Below are positions 58,647 to 64,000 of a stretch of DNA of 64,000 nt, in pieces. The notes beneath the pieces were generated by a model. It was not told the origin of the DNA, ran no database searches, and saw only the letters and a program-made list of their open reading frames with translations. This stretch comes from Capsulimonadales bacterium (lineage in GTDB: Bacteria > Armatimonadota > Armatimonadia > Armatimonadales > Armatimonadaceae). The stretch spans positions 64,001 through 128,000 of the forward strand of contig JANRLW010000043.1 of the NCBI GenBank assembly GCA_033762295.1, given 5' to 3'. How positions within the stretch are numbered: the stretch's first letter is position 1; every line of letters begins with the position of its first letter. The position numbers and the translations under genes are program-made.

Positions 58647-58842
58647 CGAGGTTCCGGACACGTCGGTTCAGGAAGTGATTTCGACGACGGTGTTGACGTT
58701 CGGAGACGGCAGCCGGATCGAGACGACGTCGGAGCCTCCGTTCTTCGTGTCGGGGCTGGACTGGGTCCCGGCAGGTCGGTTAGCAATTGGGAACGCAATC
58801 GTCACGCGGGCCGGTCCGAAGGCGACCGAGCAAACGAGCACG
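58647..58842 (+). repeat. HINT repeat copy 6 (fragment, right end of the island)
   Basis: EVPDTSVQEVISTT..TTSEPPFF..TRAGPKATEQTST. Confidence 0.9.
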
Positions 58843-58859
58843 ATGGTGTGGCGTTGGCG

Positions 58860-58893
58860 ACCCTCCGGTATCCTGGGGAACCGGAGGGTTTTC
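58860..58893. terminator. Hairpin between the island and the convergent malic enzyme gene
   Basis: ACCCTCCGGT-10nt-ACCGGAGGGT-TTT. Confidence 0.6.
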
Positions 58894-58907
58894 CTTGGCG
58901 ACGGCGA

Positions 58908-60200
<1,293 letters not shown>

Positions 60201-60363
60201 CGTTTTCCCTTTCTTCTCGGTGAAACAGGGCACTTCCGTCCTTTATTGTCTCCACCTCGAAACGGAAGAGAATCCGCGTTATGGGGGATTATTGGGGAAA
60301 ACCGGAGCGGAACGGAGCGTCCGATCCGCCGTATGCCGGATCGGACGCTCCGGGAAACGGGGA

Positions 60364-61833
60364 TTAGCCCTTGTCGATGGCGAGGCCGCGGACGTCCTCG
60401 TTGGCGAGACCGACCGCTTCCGCCAGCGACGGGTGCGCATGGACGGTCTTCATCAGCTCCTCGACGGTGTTCTCCAGCTGGATCGAGACGACCGCTTCAT
60501 GGATCAGGTCGGTCGCGTGCGGACCGATGATATGGACGCCGAGAATCTCGCCGTACTTGTTGTCGGCAACCACCTTGACGAAACCGTCGCGCTGGTTGAT
60601 CGCCTGCGCCTTGCCGAGGGTGCGGAACGGCATGGTGCCGATTTTGACGTCGTAACCCCGGTCGCGCGCCTCCTGCTCGGTCAGACCGACCGCCGCCACC
60701 TCCGGTTCGGTGTAGATACAGGACGGAATCGCCTTGTAGTCCATGGTCGCCGGGTGACCGCAGATGTTTTCCGCCGCGACGATGCCCTCCTTGGTCGCGG
60801 TATGCGCCAGTCCGGACCCGGTGACGTCCCCGATCGCATAGATATTCGGGACGCTCGTCTGCATTTTATTATTGACGGCGATGGCGCGTTTGTTCCGCTC
60901 GGTGCCGATCTTCACACCGACGGCTTCCAGGTTCAGGCCCTCGGTGAACGGGGTTCGCCCGGTGGCGACCAGAACGACGTCGGCGGTCACGGTCTCCTGC
61001 TTGCCATCCTTCTCATAGGTGACGACCTTCTTGCCGTTCTCGCCGTCCGCAACCGAGACGACCTTCGCGTTCGTCTTGATCGCGATGCCGCTCTTTTTAA
61101 GGACTTTTTCCATCTCGGTGGAAAGGTCGAGGTCCATATTCGCGATCAGGCGGGGCAGGAACTCCAGGATCGTCACCTTCGAACCGAGTCCGTGGTAGGT
61201 GAACGCGAACTCACAGCCGATGATGCCGCCACCGATACAGACCATTTCGCCCGGAATCTCTTTCGCCGAAACGGCTTCGTTGGACGTCCAGACCTTCCCG
61301 GTAGCGAGGGTGCCCGCCGCGAACCGCTGCTTGACTTCGCTGTTCGGCACCCAGACGTCGGCATCCTGAATGCCGGGGATCGGCAGACGGGTCGGCACGG
61401 AACCGGTGGCGATCACGATGTTCTCGGCGGTGATTCGTTGCTTGCTGCCGTCGGCTCCGGTCACTTCGACGGTATGCGGGTCGACGACCGATCCGTACCC
61501 CTCGATATGGGTGATCTTGTGCTTTTTGAAGAGGAAGCCGACGCCGCCGACCAGGGTCTTGACGACTTTCTCCTTGCGGGCCATCAGGGCGGGGAAATCG
61601 ACGCCCACGTTTTCCGCTTTGAGGCCGAAATCTTTGGCGGACTTGATGGTATGGAGGGCATCGACCGACCCGATCATGGTCTTGGTCGGGATGCATCCCC
61701 AGTTCAGACAGGTTCCGCCGGGATTGTCCGCCTCGATGACGGTCGCTTTCTTGCCCAGTTGCGAGGCACGGATCGCGCAGGGGTAGCCGCCGGGTCCGCC
61801 GCCAATCACTATCACATCGGTATCGTAAGCCAT
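60364..61833 (-). CDS. lpdA: Dihydrolipoyl dehydrogenase
   Basis: GGGPGGY, GGTCLNWGCIPTK, HAHPSLAE. Confidence 0.95.
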   Translation of the reverse strand: MAYDTDVIVIGGGPGGYPCAIRASQLGKKATVIEADNPGGTCLNWGCIPTKTMIGSVDALHTIKSAKDFGLKAENVGVDFPALMARKEKVVKTLVGGVGFLFKKHKITHIEGYGSVVDPHTVEVTGADGSKQRITAENIVIATGSVPTRLPIPGIQDADVWVPNSEVKQRFAAGTLATGKVWTSNEAVSAKEIPGEMVCIGGGIIGCEFAFTYHGLGSKVTILEFLPRLIANMDLDLSTEMEKVLKKSGIAIKTNAKVVSVADGENGKKVVTYEKDGKQETVTADVVLVATGRTPFTEGLNLEAVGVKIGTERNKRAIAVNNKMQTSVPNIYAIGDVTGSGLAHTATKEGIVAAENICGHPATMDYKAIPSCIYTEPEVAAVGLTEQEARDRGYDVKIGTMPFRTLGKAQAINQRDGFVKVVADNKYGEILGVHIIGPHATDLIHEAVVSIQLENTVEELMKTVHAHPSLAEAVGLANEDVRGLAIDKG

Positions 61834-61941
61834 GATAACTCCTTGGGACAAAGGAACGGGGCGCATTTCACGCGCCCCGAACGGTTCCTATATAAAGTAT
61901 AGCACAGTTACGGTCCCGCCGTTCCCGAAGGAAACGGAGAC

Positions 61942-61972
61942 AAAAAAAGCCGCCGGGATGGCTCCCGGCGGG
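61942..61972 (-). terminator. Rho-independent terminator of the prepilin-like gene
   Basis: CCGCCGGGA-loop-TCCCGGCGG followed by T7 on the minus strand. Confidence 0.85.
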
Positions 61973-62022
61973 TAAGTTCCCCTGTGCGGAGAACGAAGCT
62001 TTTCTTCGAGACACGAACGACC

Positions 62023-62784
62023 TCAGTAGGGGATGGTGTCCCAGGCGGCGGCATTCACATTGTTGAATTTTATATGCCCGTCGACATAAATGATGTTCGC
62101 CCCACGCCGGAAAGGACGGTTCTCGTCGCTCATCATGAACGAACGGGTGCCGGCGAAGTAAGAGGTCATCTCGCCGTTATGGACCCCCGGCCAGGCGTCC
62201 GCGAACGCCCAGTTTCGCACCGGATCGGTCACATCCGCCAGGCGCGCCCCGATCACCGGCGATGTCCTTTTGCCAACCTCCGCCTGCCGGGAAAGGGCGA
62301 TGCTGCCTTCCGGCTGGGTCATCGGTTTGCCGCTGTTGTCCCCGAAATAGACGCGCTTGATGATGTTGTTGCCGTTGCCCAGAGGATTGCCGTTGAACTG
62401 GTAGGAGAGGCCGAACGGCTGGCCGGTCGTGCGAACGAGCATGTTCGCCAGTTCCGTATCGGATGGGCAGACAAAGATTCCCTGGTTCTTCGTATACGGG
62501 GCGAGAAGATCGCGGGACGAGGGGCCGAAATACCAGTTCGGCGGAAACGCGGCGGGACCGATCCACTGGGCGTTCGGGAACGTTTCATCGTAGTCCTGAG
62601 AGTACATCAGGAGCGCCATCCCCATCTGCCGAAGGTTGGACGCACAGGACGTCTGTCGCGCTTTCTCCCGTGACTGGGAGAAGACGGGGACCAGGATCGA
62701 GGCAAGTATGGCGACAATAGCGATGACGACGAGTAGTTCGATCAGGGTGAAACCGTTGTGAACGTGTTGGCGAATCGAGCGCAT
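62023..62784 (-). CDS. DUF1559 / prepilin-type N-terminal methylation domain protein with H-X9-DG-like C-terminus
   Basis: [49 protein letters not shown]. Confidence 0.93.
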   Translation of the reverse strand: MRSIRQHVHNGFTLIELLVVIAIVAILASILVPVFSQSREKARQTSCASNLRQMGMALLMYSQDYDETFPNAQWIGPAAFPPNWYFGPSSRDLLAPYTKNQGIFVCPSDTELANMLVRTTGQPFGLSYQFNGNPLGNGNNIIKRVYFGDNSGKPMTQPEGSIALSRQAEVGKRTSPVIGARLADVTDPVRNWAFADAWPGVHNGEMTSYFAGTRSFMMSDENRPFRRGANIIYVDGHIKFNNVNAAAWDTIPY

Positions 62785-62912
62785 TCGGGAGTTCCTTTCG
62801 TTGGTTCCGGTGTTTTGAGAGTATCGGGAACGGCCGGGGGGCGGAATCCTCTTTGTGACGGATTTCACCAATTCGGTGCTACAATACGCTACCGATGGGG
62901 CGGGAGGTGCCT

Positions 62913-64000
62913 GTGGTCCGTCAAGGTTTTGATTACGATCTGGTGATTCTCGGCGGCGGCAGCGCCGGGATCGTCGCCGGGAATGTCGCCGGGGCGCTCG
63001 GGGCGCGTGTCGCCCTGGTAGAAAAGACGCGGATCGGGGGCGAATGCCTCTGGACCGGTTGCGTGCCGTCGAAAGCCCTTCTGCATATCGCCGAGATGGC
63101 AAAGGCCATGCGAACCGCCCGGACCCTTGGCCTGAAGAACGTTCGGCTGACAAGGGACGATTGCGCCGGGGCGTTCGCCGCCGTACGGGACCGCATCGAG
63201 ACGACCCGCATCAATGACGCGACCGAGACGATGCTGCGCGATTTCGGAGTGGAGATACGGATCGGGGCGGGAGAGTTCGTCCGTCCGCACCTCTTCCGTA
63301 CGCCGACCGGCGACCTGAAATCGGCCCGGTTCCTGATCGCCACCGGCTCGTCCCCGGCAATTCCGAATATACCGGGGCTGAACGACGTCGGTTTTCTCAC
63401 CAATCAGACCGTGTTCTCCCTGACCTCCGTCCCCGAATCGGTCCTGATTCTGGGCGGCGGCTATATCGCCTGCGAACTGGGGCAGGCGCTCGTCCGCCTC
63501 GGCGCGAAAGTGACGATTGTCGAGCGCAACGAACGGCTGCTCAAACGGGAGGATAGCGAAGCGGTCGACCTGCTGACCGAAACCCTGAAGGCCGAAGGAA
63601 TCACCGTTCTGACCGGGACGACGGTCGAACGGTTCTCCGCCGGGGAGGGCGACAGGAAAATAGCCGATCTGGTGGCCCCGGACGATCGCCGGTTCCGTGG
63701 CTCCTTCTCCGAGATCCTTGTCGCGGTCGGACGACAGGGCAATACCGAAGGGCTGGGATTGGAGCGGGTCGGGGTGACGACGGATGAGAAGGGCTACGTC
63801 CGCGTCAACGCCGCCGGACGGACGGAAAACCCGTCGATCTGGGCTGGCGGAGATGTCACCGGCCGGAATCAGTTCTCCCACATGGCGGAGGAGGAGGCAA
63901 AAGCGCTGGTCCGAAACATTCTCTTTCCCGGCGCACAGACCCTCCCGGCGGACCTCGTTCCCTACGCCATCTTTACCGATCCCGAACTGGCGCAGGTCGG
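62913..64000 (+). CDS. Pyridine nucleotide-disulfide oxidoreductase, lipoamide dehydrogenase/mercuric reductase family (runs off the window)
   Basis: Not in the ORF track; [52 protein letters not shown] before GTG. Confidence 0.88.
   Translation, partial: MVRQGFDYDLVILGGGSAGIVAGNVAGALGARVALVEKTRIGGECLWTGCVPSKALLHIAEMAKAMRTARTLGLKNVRLTRDDCAGAFAAVRDRIETTRINDATETMLRDFGVEIRIGAGEFVRPHLFRTPTGDLKSARFLIATGSSPAIPNIPGLNDVGFLTNQTVFSLTSVPESVLILGGGYIACELGQALVRLGAKVTIVERNERLLKREDSEAVDLLTETLKAEGITVLTGTTVERFSAGEGDRKIADLVAPDDRRFRGSFSEILVAVGRQGNTEGLGLERVGVTTDEKGYVRVNAAGRTENPSIWAGGDVTGRNQFSHMAEEEAKALVRNILFPGAQTLPADLVPYAIFTDPELAQV

Larger units (their letters stand above)
50262..58845 (+). other. Polymorphic toxin orphan-cassette / immunity island built on pretoxin HINT repeats
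   Basis: At least six near-identical HINT-coding repeats interspersed with divergent AT-richer toxin C-termini and small immunity-like genes, all on the + strand. Confidence 0.9.

Noticed and set aside
51260..58842. HINT repeats as a CRISPR array or DGR template/variable repeats
   Set aside because: Repeats are 170-340 bp, protein-coding and irregularly spaced; no cas or reverse transcriptase gene, and I saw no adenine-specific divergence
62913..64000. Mercuric reductase (merA) call
   Set aside because: The diagnostic C-terminal Cys pair lies outside the window and there is no mer operon context

Overview
GC-rich bacterial chromosomal window. The lineage is probably Armatimonadota or a similar group, inferred only from gene content such as the DUF1559/H-X9-DG prepilin-like gene. 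Positions 1-50.1 kb and 58.9-64 kb hold mostly housekeeping and metabolic genes: alpha-2-macroglobulin plus VanW, membrane pyrophosphatase, cysH-cysD-cysNC, araD, two cyclophilins, a large hybrid kinase with an HD-GYP regulator, sugar catabolism (GH2-GNAT, GH4, dgoD), alkaline phosphatase, malic enzyme and lpdA. The standout is an AT-richer island at about 50.25-58.85 kb. It is a co-oriented array of orphan polymorphic-toxin/immunity cassettes built on at least six near-identical copies of a pretoxin HINT (intein-like) coding repeat, with no full-length toxin gene in the window. The cassettes carry an RNase Sa/barnase-like pseudogene with an intact barstar, a zinc deaminase toxin, an HExxE toxin whose partner resembles EF-G domain IV, an unrecognised toxin, several orphan immunity genes and an IS1 remnant. 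All calls come from motif recognition by eye; no database searches were run.
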